Shown: positions 47,974 through 57,852 of the stretch, piece by piece
How positions within the stretch are numbered: the stretch's first letter is position 1
Layout: every line of letters starts with the position of its first letter
NCBI GenBank assembly: GCA_050250895.1
Contig: JBFWNU010000001.1
Span: 1,192,008 to 1,256,007, forward strand
Origin: Vulcanimicrobiota bacterium
GTDB lineage: Bacteria > Vulcanimicrobiota > Xenobia > Xenobiales > JADMJV01
Direction: 5' to 3'
Length of the DNA: 64,000 nucleotides
Translations under genes and position numbers: made by a program
The notes under the pieces: generated by a model
What the model saw: only the letters and a program-made list of their open reading frames with translations
What the model was told of the DNA's origin: nothing
The model's database searches: none

Positions 47974-48341
47974 TCGTTTCTACCGACAAGGCCCCGGCAG
48001 CGATCGGGCCTTATTCTCAAGCTGTCCAGACCAACGGGTTCGTTTTTTGCTCGGGCCAGATAGCCCTGAAACCCGGTGGCGAAGGTCTGGTGGGCGAGAG
48101 CGCCGCCGAGCAGGTCGAACAGGTCATGGCCAATCTCAAGGCCGTGCTCGACGCGGCCGGATCGGGCCTGGACAAGATCGTAAAGACCACCATCTATCTG
48201 GTCGATCTCAACGATTTCTCGAGTGTCAACGAAGCCTACGGGCAGTATTTCCCCAGCCAACCGCCCGCTCGAGCCACGGTCGAGGTCAGCCGTCTACCGC
48301 GAGGTGCCCGGGTCGAAATAGACGCTATCGCCGCCATCTGA
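47970..48341 (+). CDS. ridA: RidA/YjgF family enamine deaminase
   Basis: APAAIGPYSQA, SGQI, VNEAY, PPARATVEV..LP....VEIDAIA. Confidence 0.93.
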   Translation: MIVSTDKAPAAIGPYSQAVQTNGFVFCSGQIALKPGGEGLVGESAAEQVEQVMANLKAVLDAAGSGLDKIVKTTIYLVDLNDFSSVNEAYGQYFPSQPPARATVEVSRLPRGARVEIDAIAAI

Positions 48342-48476
48342 GGGCCGCGCGACGGGGGAGGATTTTGCTTTCGAACCCGTGAACTCAGGACGGCTTGCGC
48401 AGTCTCCCTGGAGAAAGATAGACGGTGACGCGCGACCCTTACCAGTAGGGCCATTGCATTTAGGGAGGGACATTCT

Positions 48477-50555
48477 GTGAACAATTACTCTACGGACAAG
48501 ATTCGTAATTTCGGGCTGTTTGGTCACCAGGGTTCAGGTAAGACCTCCCTGGCCGAAGCGCTCATCCATGTTTGCGGGGCCAGTGATCGTCTCGGTAAAG
48601 TCGACGACGGCAACAGTCAGATGGACTTCGATGCCGACGAGATCGACCGAAAGATGAGCATCTTCGGAGCCCTCGCTCCACTCGAATACGATAGCCATAA
48701 GCTCAACTGCCTCGACACTCCGGGCTTCTTCGACTTTGTGGCCGAGGTAGTGTCGGCCCTTCGCGTCTCTGAGGGAGCGGTGCTGGTCGCCTCGGGTAAC
48801 AGCCCCGTAGAGGTCGGTCTCGAGCAGGTCTGGGATATGGCCGAGCAGCGCAAGATGCCGCGCATCTTGTTCGTCAACAAGATGGACAAAGAGAACGCCG
48901 ATTTCCAGAGGCTTCTCGATGATTGCCAGGACAAACTCACCGGCAGCCGCGTGATTCCTCTGCAGTTGCCCATCGGCGCAGCCGACACGTTCACGGGGGT
49001 GGTCAACCTGGTCACCAAAAAGGCTTACAAGTTCGGCGACAAAGGCGAGGCCACCGAGATCGACATCCCCGCCGACCTGGCCGATCAGGTCGAGAGCTGG
49101 TCCGAGAAGCTGACCGAAGAGGCGGCCGAGTCCTCGGAAGAACTGATGGAGAAATACTTCGAGACCATGGAACTCACCGATCAGGAGATTCGCGATGGTC
49201 TCAACAAGCGGATCCAGGCGGGTCTCGTGGTTCCGGCTCTGTGCGGCTCGGCCACCAAGATGTTTGGGATCAAGTTCTTGATGAACGCCATCATCCAGTA
49301 CGTGCCCCATCCCGGTCTGGGTGAGGACGTGGTCGGTACCCACCCGGACGACGGTAGCGAGTTGACCCGCAAGCGCAATTCCAGCGCTCCCTTGAGCGCC
49401 CTGGTCTTCAAGACCACCACGGACGCCTACGTCGGTAAGTTGTCTTATCTCAAGATCGAAAGCGGTGTGATGAAAGGTGAGGGAACGCTGCTCAACCCCC
49501 GCTCCGAAAAGGATGAGAAAATCGCGGGCCTGTTCACCATGCAGGGCAAAAAGCAGATCCCGATCAAGGAAGTCCAGGCCGGAGACATCGCCGTGGTAGC
49601 CAAGCTGGCTACTACCGAGACCGGCGACACGCTCTGTGATTCGGACAACCCTATCAGGTTGCGTCCGATCGAGTTTCCGACGCCTTACTATTCTCAGGCC
49701 ATCTTTCCCAAGTCCAAGGGCGACGAAGACAAGCTCTCGAGCGCCCTGTCGCGCATTTTGCAAGAGGTTCCGACCATGTCGGTGCGCCGCGACTCCGAGG
49801 TCAAGCAGACGATTCTCACCGCCATTGGCGACCTTCAGGTGGCCCTGACGGTGGCCCGGCTCAAGCGGGCCGGCGTAGAGGTCGAGCTGGCCAATCCCAA
49901 GGTTCCCTACAAAGAGACCATTCGCAAGGCGGTCAAGAAGCAGGGTCGTCACAAAAAGCAGACCGGTGGTCGCGGCCAGTTCGCCGATGTCTGGCTCGAG
50001 GTCGCTCCCGGTCCCGAGGGCTCCGGATTCGAGTTCGTCGACTCGATCGTGGGCGGCGTGGTGCCCAAGAACTACATTCCCGGTGTCGAGAAGGGTGTCC
50101 GCAAAGCCATCTCTGAGGGAGTTCTGGCCGGCTACGAGGTGCTTGACGTGAGGGTCACGCTCTACGACGGCTCTTACCACCCGGTCGATTCGTCGGACAT
50201 GGCGTTTCAGATTGCCGGCGGTATGGCTTTCAAGTCGGCCGTGGCCGAGGCGAGCCCAGCCTTGCTCGAGCCCTACGTGAACATTGAAGTTCGGGTGCCC
50301 GAGAACTACATGGGCGACGTGATTGGCGATCTCAACGCTAAGCGCGGAAAAGTGTTAGGAATGGAGCCGATCGGAGGCGGATTTTCGCTGGTCAAGGCCC
50401 AAGCGCCGATGGCCGAGATGATGCGCTATTCGATCGACCTTCGTTCGATTACTCAAGGGCGGGGCAGTTTCTCGATGGAATTTTGCCATTACGAGCAGGC
50501 CCCACCCCCGGTTGTCGAAGCTGTTGTAGCGGCCTCGAAGGCCGAGGACGAGTAG
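48477..50555 (+). CDS. fusA: Elongation factor G paralogue (EF-G2 type)
   Basis: Full five-domain EF-G (DTPG, NKMD, KKQTGGRGQF, DGSYHPVDSS, LRSITQGRG). G1 is GHQGSGKTS rather than AHIDAGKTT, and the gene is outside the str operon. Confidence 0.88.
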   Translation: MNNYSTDKIRNFGLFGHQGSGKTSLAEALIHVCGASDRLGKVDDGNSQMDFDADEIDRKMSIFGALAPLEYDSHKLNCLDTPGFFDFVAEVVSALRVSEGAVLVASGNSPVEVGLEQVWDMAEQRKMPRILFVNKMDKENADFQRLLDDCQDKLTGSRVIPLQLPIGAADTFTGVVNLVTKKAYKFGDKGEATEIDIPADLADQVESWSEKLTEEAAESSEELMEKYFETMELTDQEIRDGLNKRIQAGLVVPALCGSATKMFGIKFLMNAIIQYVPHPGLGEDVVGTHPDDGSELTRKRNSSAPLSALVFKTTTDAYVGKLSYLKIESGVMKGEGTLLNPRSEKDEKIAGLFTMQGKKQIPIKEVQAGDIAVVAKLATTETGDTLCDSDNPIRLRPIEFPTPYYSQAIFPKSKGDEDKLSSALSRILQEVPTMSVRRDSEVKQTILTAIGDLQVALTVARLKRAGVEVELANPKVPYKETIRKAVKKQGRHKKQTGGRGQFADVWLEVAPGPEGSGFEFVDSIVGGVVPKNYIPGVEKGVRKAISEGVLAGYEVLDVRVTLYDGSYHPVDSSDMAFQIAGGMAFKSAVAEASPALLEPYVNIEVRVPENYMGDVIGDLNAKRGKVLGMEPIGGGFSLVKAQAPMAEMMRYSIDLRSITQGRGSFSMEFCHYEQAPPPVVEAVVAASKAEDE

Positions 50556-50571
50556 AAGTTCGGATGAGGAG

Positions 50572-52113
50572 ATGACCTTGAAGAGCAATAAGTTTATCAC
50601 GATACTAGTCGCTTTCTTGTTGGCCTGGGCCTTCATAAGCGGCTGCGATACCGGCGGCAACGGCGGTAATGACACAGAAGGTGCCACCAACGTCGGCAAC
50701 AATCCCGGCGGGGGAGTTGCGGCCGGGGCGGCAGGCGGCGCCGGCGGAACGACCGCAGGAGCCGGGGCCGGTGGAACCTCCACCGGCGGTCTGACCGGTC
50801 CCATTGGAAGTGGCGGCGCAGGTGCCGGGGCTGCCGGAGGCGGCACTACGGCTGGCGGCGGAACCACTGCTGGCGCAGCCGGCGGCGGGACGACGGGTGG
50901 AACCAGCGGCGGCGCCGCAGGTACGACCACCGGCGGCGCGACCAATGCCACCCAGCTTTATAATGGCGAGAATCGCCCCGCGAAGTCCGCATTTCGGGCT
51001 GGCGCGAACCGCGTCTTCTACACCTTTGGCTTCCAGAACGGAGCCAACGGTGGAGTCAAGATGTTCAATCAGGTGGATGCTATCGCCATGGGCTTGAACT
51101 TGCCGGTGCCGACTATCCTGACCCGCAACGGGGCCACCGGCAACACGACCTCGGTATTGACCCGTCCCTTCGATATCGCTATCAACCCGGCCAACGGCAA
51201 CCTCTACGTGTCGACCGGCTTCGGCGGCGGCACCGGTCAGGGTCGCATCGTGAGAGTCAGCGGAATCAACCTGGCTACCGGAGCGGCCACTTTCGACGAG
51301 CTGGTCGTGGGCTTGAACAATCCGGGCTACGTCTTTTATGATGCAGTCAACGATACGCTCTATTGGACCGAATATGCCGCTTCTGGTACCGGTTCGGCCG
51401 TCAAACGCATGGATAACCCTGATGGTGCGGTGGCCACTCGTGTCGCTCTACCCATCACCACCAACGTCAACTTCCCGGCGGGCGTGGTGGCGACTACAAG
51501 CTTCATCTATGTGTGCGAGAATGGACCCGCCGGCCGGCTGCTGCGGCTACCGATTAACCTGACCGGTCTGACCTTACCGCTCAATGTGGATACGGCTCCT
51601 CAGGTGACCAATATCCTGCCGGCGGCCGGCCAGCAGGCCCTCAACCGGCCCCTCGAGGTGGTCTCTGACGGCAGTGCCGATGGCGTAGTGTTTACCGATG
51701 GCGCCTTCTTTGACCCTACGACTTTCAATCCGACCGCCACCAACAACGGCTCCTTGCGGCACATTCGCAACGGCCAGACGGTTTCGCGCCTGTTGGTGAC
51801 CAACAACGTGGGTCTTGGAGCGCTGTCGGCGATGCCGTTCGCGAGCGGTTCTACCGAGGCGTTCTTCGCTGACCTCTCCAACGCTGCCCCCGGTAGCACT
51901 TTCCGTCGGACGTTCGACCGGACGGTGGACGCGGTTTCCATCGCTGGCGCTGCCGCGACCACGGCCGCCGGTCCTTTGCAGCGACTGGACACCGGCAGAA
52001 CCCTCGTGCTCGACACTCTGACCGTCGATACCACCGGCAACTCTGCCTTCCCGTTACTCATCTTCGCGACCCAGGGTGCCCCGCCTAACGGCGACATCTT
52101 CGTCAAGCAGTAA
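50572..52113 (+). CDS. Lipoprotein with Gly/Thr/Ala-rich linker and beta-propeller-like domain
   Basis: Lipobox ISGC, low-complexity linker, then repeats such as LTRPFDIAINPANGNLYVS, LNNPGYV..D...LYWTE, NFPAGVV. Confidence 0.75.
   Translation: MTLKSNKFITILVAFLLAWAFISGCDTGGNGGNDTEGATNVGNNPGGGVAAGAAGGAGGTTAGAGAGGTSTGGLTGPIGSGGAGAGAAGGGTTAGGGTTAGAAGGGTTGGTSGGAAGTTTGGATNATQLYNGENRPAKSAFRAGANRVFYTFGFQNGANGGVKMFNQVDAIAMGLNLPVPTILTRNGATGNTTSVLTRPFDIAINPANGNLYVSTGFGGGTGQGRIVRVSGINLATGAATFDELVVGLNNPGYVFYDAVNDTLYWTEYAASGTGSAVKRMDNPDGAVATRVALPITTNVNFPAGVVATTSFIYVCENGPAGRLLRLPINLTGLTLPLNVDTAPQVTNILPAAGQQALNRPLEVVSDGSADGVVFTDGAFFDPTTFNPTATNNGSLRHIRNGQTVSRLLVTNNVGLGALSAMPFASGSTEAFFADLSNAAPGSTFRRTFDRTVDAVSIAGAAATTAAGPLQRLDTGRTLVLDTLTVDTTGNSAFPLLIFATQGAPPNGDIFVKQ
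50700..50950 (+). repeat. Coding low-complexity repeat (GGGTTAG-like units)
   Basis: Imperfect GGCGGC-rich repeats encoding GAAGGGTTAGGGTTAGAAGGGTTGG. Confidence 0.7.
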
Positions 52114-52129
52114 GTAACTAAATAGCAAC

Positions 52130-52162
52130 AAAAAAAGAGGAGCCACCGGCTCCTCTTTTTTT
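52130..52162. terminator. Intrinsic terminator after the lipoprotein gene
   Basis: AAAAAAAGAGGAGCC-acc-GGCTCCTCTTTTTTT. Confidence 0.88.
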
Positions 52163-52355
52163 CTTTCCGCGGGTTTTGTCCTAAGCCATAAGGGTCTGGC
52201 CTTTAAGGGGAATTTCAGGGATGACCTTGAGGCGTTTGGTGGTTTGGCAACATCCTGTTAACAAACATGACTTCTCGCGCGGTTAGGGGGGTGGTAAGAT
52301 AACTAAGGCTGAAGTCCGCAAAGCGGCTCTCGGCTCCCAGGAGGATAATGGAATA

Positions 52356-52838
52356 ATGGATGCAGGCAATTTCTCAAAGATTAATAACGTAGGCTTTACG
52401 CCGAAAGCTCCGGTCCGCAAGGCCGAGACGCAGTCAGACGGGCTTCCCGCCGATCAGGTTACGATCGGCGCGGCCCCCGTGGCTAACGAAGGCAAAGATG
52501 TAAGCACGGTCGGCGCTCCTAAAGGCCCCGTTGTCGCTGATGGAGCTGATCGCGTTGCCGCCACCAGTCACACCCCCGGGGTAGATGGTGGTTTCATCAT
52601 CGCCGGTGTTAGCCAATCCAGCGGCACCGAGCGCATCAAGTTCGATGTGGCCGGTGCCAACGGCGTCAACGGTAGCACCCAGCTCTTCTGTGAGCACGGT
52701 CGGTGCGTGGCCGATATCAGTCCTCTTGCTTCGCTTCAGAAGCCCGTCGAGAACTGGCAATTGGCGCCGGCCGAGGGAATGATCGGCGTGGGCGCATCAG
52801 AAGGCGCCGGGTTCTACGGCACTCACTACTCGATCTAG
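52356..52838 (+). CDS. Hypothetical protein (monocistronic)
   Basis: AGGAGG upstream, flanked by two terminators. No recognised family. Confidence 0.7.
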   Translation: MDAGNFSKINNVGFTPKAPVRKAETQSDGLPADQVTIGAAPVANEGKDVSTVGAPKGPVVADGADRVAATSHTPGVDGGFIIAGVSQSSGTERIKFDVAGANGVNGSTQLFCEHGRCVADISPLASLQKPVENWQLAPAEGMIGVGASEGAGFYGTHYSI

Positions 52839-52851
52839 ACAGCTTAGAGCA

Positions 52852-52893
52852 AAGAAAGAACGGCCACCCCGACCGGGAGGGCCGTTTTTCTTT
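52852..52893. terminator. Bidirectional intrinsic terminator
   Basis: AAGAAAGAACGGCC...GGCCGTTTTTCTTT between convergent genes. Confidence 0.75.
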
Positions 52894-52902
52894 GGGGTCA
52901 GG

Positions 52903-53979
52903 CTATTTCAGAGCCGTTGCGCGGCCCACGGCCGCAATGGTCCCGCCCCCGAGCACCTCGTTGCGGAAATAGAAGACGGCTGCCTGGCCAGGGCTCAAGG
53001 CTCGCTGGGCCCGATCGAACAAGACTCGAACAAAACCGACGTCACTTTCCAGGTTGGCCAGGTCTCCTGGATGGGTCGACCGGTACTGAACCCGAGCTCG
53101 GGCCGGAGGAGCCGGGGCGATCCAGTTGAGTTCGTCCACCACCATCTCGCCCTCGAGCAGTTCCTCAGAGTCTCCCACTACGAGAGTGTTATCGACGACG
53201 TTGAGGGCCAGCACGTAGCGAGGGCGATCGGAATGGATGCCCAAACCTTTGCGCTGACCGACGGTGTAATAGGGTAGGCCCCGATGCTCGCCCAGCGGCT
53301 TGCCGCTCGAATCGACGATGGCTCCCGGCTCGGTCTGACCCAGCTGCTTCGAGAGAAACCCGGCGGTATCTCCATCGGGGATAAAGCACAGGTCCATGCT
53401 CTCCTTCTTGTCGGCCACCCCCAGTTCCAGGTCGCGAGCAAGTTGGCGTATCTCGGCCTTGGTATAGCCACCCAGGGGAAACTCGATATGGCGCAACTGC
53501 TCTTGAGTGAGCGAGGCCAGCACATAACTCTGGTCCTTCTTGCGATCTTTGCCTCGCAACAAACGGCAGCGGTCGGCCGCCTTGCGGATGCGAGCATAAT
53601 GGCCGGTGATCACCCGGTCGGCCCCCAGTTCTCGAGCCCGCTCGAGCAGATGGTCGAACTTGATGTGCTGGTTGCACCGCCGACAAGGGTTGGGCGTGCG
53701 TCCCTGGCGGTACTCCTCGACGAAGTCGTCGATGACGTGCTTTTGAAATTCCTGACGCAGATTGAACACATAGTGAGGAATATCTAGCTTCCAGGCGACT
53801 TTCTCGGCGTCGGTCACATCCCAAACCGAACAACAACCGCGACCCGAGGGGGCGGCCTGGCTTTCGCTGGGCGAGAGCGTCATGGTCACCCCGATCACTT
53901 CGTGTCCGGCCTTCTTCATCAGGGCTGCCGCCACCGACGAATCGACCCCTCCGCTCATGGCTACAACAACGCGGCTCAC
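52903..53979 (-). CDS. mnmA: tRNA-specific 2-thiouridylase MnmA
   Basis: [56 protein letters not shown] 53979 overlaps the upstream stop. Confidence 0.95.
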   Translation of the reverse strand: MSRVVVAMSGGVDSSVAAALMKKAGHEVIGVTMTLSPSESQAAPSGRGCCSVWDVTDAEKVAWKLDIPHYVFNLRQEFQKHVIDDFVEEYRQGRTPNPCRRCNQHIKFDHLLERARELGADRVITGHYARIRKAADRCRLLRGKDRKKDQSYVLASLTQEQLRHIEFPLGGYTKAEIRQLARDLELGVADKKESMDLCFIPDGDTAGFLSKQLGQTEPGAIVDSSGKPLGEHRGLPYYTVGQRKGLGIHSDRPRYVLALNVVDNTLVVGDSEELLEGEMVVDELNWIAPAPPARARVQYRSTHPGDLANLESDVGFVRVLFDRAQRALSPGQAAVFYFRNEVLGGGTIAAVGRATALK

Positions 53980-55100
53980 GCGACTCTTCCTTTCCTTCCC
54001 AGGCGTACCTGTTCGACTGCCTGCTCCACCAGGCGGGCAGCTTCGTCGATCTCGTGGCTGGTGGTGGCCCAGCCGGGTGAAAACCGGATCAGGCCTGAGG
54101 CCTGGACATCGCTGTACCCCATCGACAGCAACACCTTCGAAGGCTCGATGCTGTGCGACGAGCAAGCCGAGCCTGACGAGGCGGCCAGGCCGCTTAGATC
54201 GAGTCGGGCCAACATCGGCTCGGCCGGCACCTCTTCGAAAATCCAGGCCGAAATGTGGTCGGCACGGTCTGTCCCTCCCCCCAGCAAATGTCCGCCGGCC
54301 AACCCGGAAAGCCGGGACTCGAGCTGTTGGCGCAGGCGGGCGATGCGGGCCTGCTCGGGTTGCGAGCGCAGCCCCAACACCAGGGCTAGACTGGCGGCCG
54401 CAATGAGATTGGGCGTGCCGGCCCGACGCGAATCTTCCTGCGCTCCTCCGATCAACATGGGGGCCACTCGTAGCCCTTGCCGCAGGTATAGACAGCCTGC
54501 TGGGACCCCCCCCAGCTTGTGCCCGGAGAGGGTCATCAAATCAGCTCCACAGCTGGCTTTGAGCGGTTCTTGCACGGCGTCGACATGGAGCAGCGTGCCG
54601 TGCTCATGGCAGACGGCGGCTAGCTCTGAGATGGGCTGGCGCGTGCCCACTTCGTTGTTGGCCGCCATCACCGAAACCAGGACCGTCTCGGGCTTTAACA
54701 GGGCCGCCACCTGGTCGGGATCGACCCGACCCTGGCGGTCGACGGGGATGGCCTCGACGACGTAGCCCAGCCCTTCGAGGCTGGCGGCATAGTCGCGCAC
54801 GGCCGGGTGTTCCACCGCGCTATACAGCAGGTGGGCACCGGACGGACCCAGGCGCATGGTGCCCCCCAGGGCCAGGGCGTTGGCCTCGGTGGCTCCCGAG
54901 GTGAAGACGATCTCTTCGACTTGAGCGCCGAGATGGCGGGCACAGTCTTCCCGAGCTTGTTCAAGCACCATGCGGGCCGCCCGGCCCTGCCGATGCAGGC
55001 TCGAGGGGTTGCCCAGGCCACGCTCCATCAGTTCACGGACCAGCGTCTTGACCTCGGGCCGTAGTGGGGCTGTGGCCGCATAATCGAGATAGATTGCCAT
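53976..55100 (-). CDS. Cysteine desulfurase (IscS/NifS class I)
   Basis: [47 protein letters not shown]. Confidence 0.92.
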   Translation of the reverse strand: MAIYLDYAATAPLRPEVKTLVRELMERGLGNPSSLHRQGRAARMVLEQAREDCARHLGAQVEEIVFTSGATEANALALGGTMRLGPSGAHLLYSAVEHPAVRDYAASLEGLGYVVEAIPVDRQGRVDPDQVAALLKPETVLVSVMAANNEVGTRQPISELAAVCHEHGTLLHVDAVQEPLKASCGADLMTLSGHKLGGVPAGCLYLRQGLRVAPMLIGGAQEDSRRAGTPNLIAAASLALVLGLRSQPEQARIARLRQQLESRLSGLAGGHLLGGGTDRADHISAWIFEEVPAEPMLARLDLSGLAASSGSACSSHSIEPSKVLLSMGYSDVQASGLIRFSPGWATTSHEIDEAARLVEQAVEQVRLGRKGRVA

Positions 55101-55108
55101 CCTGGGGC

Positions 55109-55137
55109 ATGCTAGCGTCAAGGCGGTTGGATGTCAA
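55109..55137 (-). promoter_or_regulatory. Sigma70 promoter, probably leaderless, for desulfurase-mnmA
   Basis: TTGACA (55137-55132), 17-nt spacer, TAGCAT (55114-55109), 8 nt before ATG 55100. No RBS. Confidence 0.65.
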
Positions 55138-55175
55138 ACAAAGGAGGCGAATTGCAGCTCAAGAAGGTTGCGTAG

Positions 55176-56387
55176 ATGCCAAAGTCTGATGCTCCCCCGC
55201 AGCTACCTCCGGCTGTGCTCGAGCAGGCCCGCGAGACCGGTCTGCTCGACACCGACCCGGAAGAGGCTTTCGACCGCCTGGCCGCTCTGGCCAGCCGCCT
55301 GGCCGGTGCGCCCACGGCCTTGCTGACGATTCTCGACAAGGACCGTCAGTTCTTCAAAGCCCAGATTGGCCTTCAAGAGCCGTGGCAGACGCGTCGGCAG
55401 ACGCCCTGGAGCCATTCCTTCTGCAAGTTTGTGGCCGCCACCAATGAGCCTCTGGTGGTGAGTGACGCTCGTGATCATCCCTGGCTGGCCGAGAACGGGG
55501 CCATCACCGATTTGGGAGTGATCGCCTACTGCGGCGTGCCGCTCACCCGTCCTTGCGGGACGCCGGTGGGCGCCCTGTGCGTCATCGATAGCGAGCCGCG
55601 AAGCTGGCATGAAGAGTTGCCTGAGCTTCTCGGCGAATTGGCCCGTAGCGCCATGACCGAGGTCGAACTGCGCAAGCAGAGTCAAGCTCTGTTGGAGTTG
55701 ACCCAGCGCCAGAATGAGGTTTTGGGCACCGTAGCTCACGATCTTCGCACCCCTCTGACGGTAGTTGAAGCATTTAGCCGGATGCTGCTGGATCCGCGTT
55801 TCGGACTCGAGGATCAACCGCGCTCGATGGTCGAAGCGGTGCGGCGTAGTGGCTCTTTCATGGTGCGTCTGGTGGATGACCTGTTGGATCTCGAGGCGCT
55901 CAAATCGGGTAGGGTCAACCTCAACCTGGAACGGGTCAATCTGGGCACGCTGGTGGTGGGGGTGGTCGAGTTGCAGTCGGTGGCGGCCGCGCTCAAAGAG
56001 GTGAAGATTTCCTTTGAAGGTCACCCCAAGCCGGTGTGGGTACAGGGCGACCCGCGCAAGCTGGAACAAGTGGTGCAGAACCTGATGGCCAACGCTATCA
56101 AGTTCTCACCAGCCGGGAGCGAGGTGACGGTGAGCCTTTCGGCTGATCCAACCAGGGCGCTGTTGCGGGTGCGCGACCAGGGGCCTGGTATTCCGCCCCA
56201 AGACCACTTGAAGGTCTTCGAGCCGTTTGCCAAGAGTGCGGCCGTTCCCACCGGCGGTGAAAAAAGCACCGGCCTTGGCCTGACCATCGTCAAACGCCTG
56301 GTCGAGGCCCACCAGGGCCAGGTTGGTGTCGAGAGTGGCGGAAGCGGCGCCGCCTTTTGGGTCGAGCTGCCCCGAGCTAAACGGTAG
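55176..56387 (+). CDS. GAF-domain sensor histidine kinase
   Basis: GAF (LLDTDPEEAFDRL, HSFC, YCGVPL, GALCVID), H-box AHDLRTPL, NAIKFS, DQGPGI, TGLGL. Confidence 0.93.
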   Translation: MPKSDAPPQLPPAVLEQARETGLLDTDPEEAFDRLAALASRLAGAPTALLTILDKDRQFFKAQIGLQEPWQTRRQTPWSHSFCKFVAATNEPLVVSDARDHPWLAENGAITDLGVIAYCGVPLTRPCGTPVGALCVIDSEPRSWHEELPELLGELARSAMTEVELRKQSQALLELTQRQNEVLGTVAHDLRTPLTVVEAFSRMLLDPRFGLEDQPRSMVEAVRRSGSFMVRLVDDLLDLEALKSGRVNLNLERVNLGTLVVGVVELQSVAAALKEVKISFEGHPKPVWVQGDPRKLEQVVQNLMANAIKFSPAGSEVTVSLSADPTRALLRVRDQGPGIPPQDHLKVFEPFAKSAAVPTGGEKSTGLGLTIVKRLVEAHQGQVGVESGGSGAAFWVELPRAKR

Positions 56388-57552
56388 CCGTGGAGGCCGC
56401 CGCCAGAGCCTGTTCTAGATCGGCCTTGAGATCCTCGTAGGCTTCAATCCCCACCGAGATCCGGATCAAACCGTCGTCGATGCCCATTTCGGCGCGACGC
56501 TCAGGAGGGATGCTGGCGTGGGTCATGATGGCCGGGTGTTCGATGAGAGACTCGACTCCGCCCAGGCTCTCGGCTAAAAAGAAGAGCCTGGTCGATTCGA
56601 GCAGTCGCCGGGCCGCCTCGAGGCCGCCCTTGACCACGAACGAAATCATGCCTCCGAAGCCGCTCATCTGCGTGCACGCCAGTTGATGCTGGGGGTGCGA
56701 GGCCAAACCCGGGTAGATGACCTTTTCCACGGCCGGATGGGCCTCGAGGTCGGCGGCCAGGCGGCTGGCGTTGGCCTGATGGGCCTGCATGCGCACGGCC
56801 AGTGTCTTGACGCCGCGCAGGGTCAACCAGCAGTCGAAGGGGCCGGGAATGGCGCCTACCGACTTCTGATGGAATTTCATGGTCTCGTGGATCTCCGGGT
56901 TATCGGTCACCAGTACGCCGCCGATGACGTCAGAGTGACCGCCCAGGTACTTGGTGGCCGAATGCACGACGATGTCGGCTCCCAGTTGGAGAGGTTGTTG
57001 GAAATAGGGGGTCATGAAGGTGTTGTCGACCACCAGATAGAGGCCGTGCTCGCGGGTGAGCCTGGCGATGGCTGCGATATCGGTGAGCTTTAACAGCGGA
57101 TTGGTGGGGGTCTCGAGCCACACCATGCGGGTGTTGGGCCCGATGGCCTGTTTGACCTGGTTGGGGTCGGACGTGTTCACGAAGGTGGTGGCGATGTTGA
57201 ACTTATCCATCACCCGGGTGAAATAGCGATAGGTGCCCCCGTAGACATCGTCGGACACCACCAGATGATCCCCACTCTTGAGCAGGTACATGCAGTTGTT
57301 GATGGCCGCCATGCCCGACCCGAAGGCCACCCCGAAGCGACCCCCTTCGAGAGCTGCCAGGCAGGTCTCGTAGGCTTTGCGGGTCGGATTGTCGGTGCGG
57401 GCGTAGTCGTAGCCCTGGCGTGGCTTGCCCAGCCCCTCTTGCACGTAGGTCGAGGTTTGAAAGATCGGCACCACCACCGCGCCGGTGACCGGCTCGGGCT
57501 CCTGGCCGGCGTGGATCGCCAGGGTCTCGGGTCGCAGGTTACCTGAATGCAT
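56377..57552 (-). CDS. Cystathionine gamma-synthase/lyase family PLP enzyme
   Basis: PIFQTSTY, YAR..NPT, DVYGGT, ETPTNP, DNTF, HSATKYLGGHSD, AESLGGVESL. Confidence 0.93.
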   Translation of the reverse strand: MHSGNLRPETLAIHAGQEPEPVTGAVVVPIFQTSTYVQEGLGKPRQGYDYARTDNPTRKAYETCLAALEGGRFGVAFGSGMAAINNCMYLLKSGDHLVVSDDVYGGTYRYFTRVMDKFNIATTFVNTSDPNQVKQAIGPNTRMVWLETPTNPLLKLTDIAAIARLTREHGLYLVVDNTFMTPYFQQPLQLGADIVVHSATKYLGGHSDVIGGVLVTDNPEIHETMKFHQKSVGAIPGPFDCWLTLRGVKTLAVRMQAHQANASRLAADLEAHPAVEKVIYPGLASHPQHQLACTQMSGFGGMISFVVKGGLEAARRLLESTRLFFLAESLGGVESLIEHPAIMTHASIPPERRAEMGIDDGLIRISVGIEAYEDLKADLEQALAAASTATV

Positions 57553-57850
57553 AGGACATGAACAAGGACAGCAGCAAGAAACCGATAGCCAGTACGTTGG
57601 TCACGGTGTCGATGGTATCATCGGCACTCTTTTTGCCACGGAATGAGCTTTCGCTGGGGCCCATCATCGAGCCGCTGAGGCCTTCTGACTTGGTGGTGCG
57701 GGTGACGATGGCCACCATCAGCGCGATGCAGACGAGGACGTAGACAACGGCCACGACTTTCTGGCCGGCCGAATAGCCCACCACCGATTCGGTCACATTG
57801 ACCACCTGCAGATTGGTATTCTGCGCCAGCAGCATAAGTGAAGTCCACAT
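57539..57850 (-). CDS. secG: Preprotein translocase subunit SecG
   Basis: Two TM segments with a K-S-EGLSG loop, in the conserved position after tpiA. Confidence 0.7.
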   Translation of the reverse strand: MWTSLMLLAQNTNLQVVNVTESVVGYSAGQKVVAVVYVLVCIALMVAIVTRTTKSEGLSGSMMGPSESSFRGKKSADDTIDTVTNVLAIGFLLLSLFMSYAFR

Positions 57851-57852
57851 GG

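Noticed and set aside
48534-50180. 548-aa minus-strand ORF
   Set aside because: Antisense shadow of the EF-G paralogue.
48477-50555. EF-G paralogue as a TetM/TetO ribosomal protection protein
   Set aside because: G1 motif and overall sequence fit EF-G2, not the AHVDAGKTT TetM type. EF-G2 paralogues are common.
50700-50950. Repetitive GGC-rich tract as possible CRISPR or VNTR
   Set aside because: Imperfect in-frame repeats encoding a Gly/Thr linker, with no repeat-spacer structure and no cas genes.
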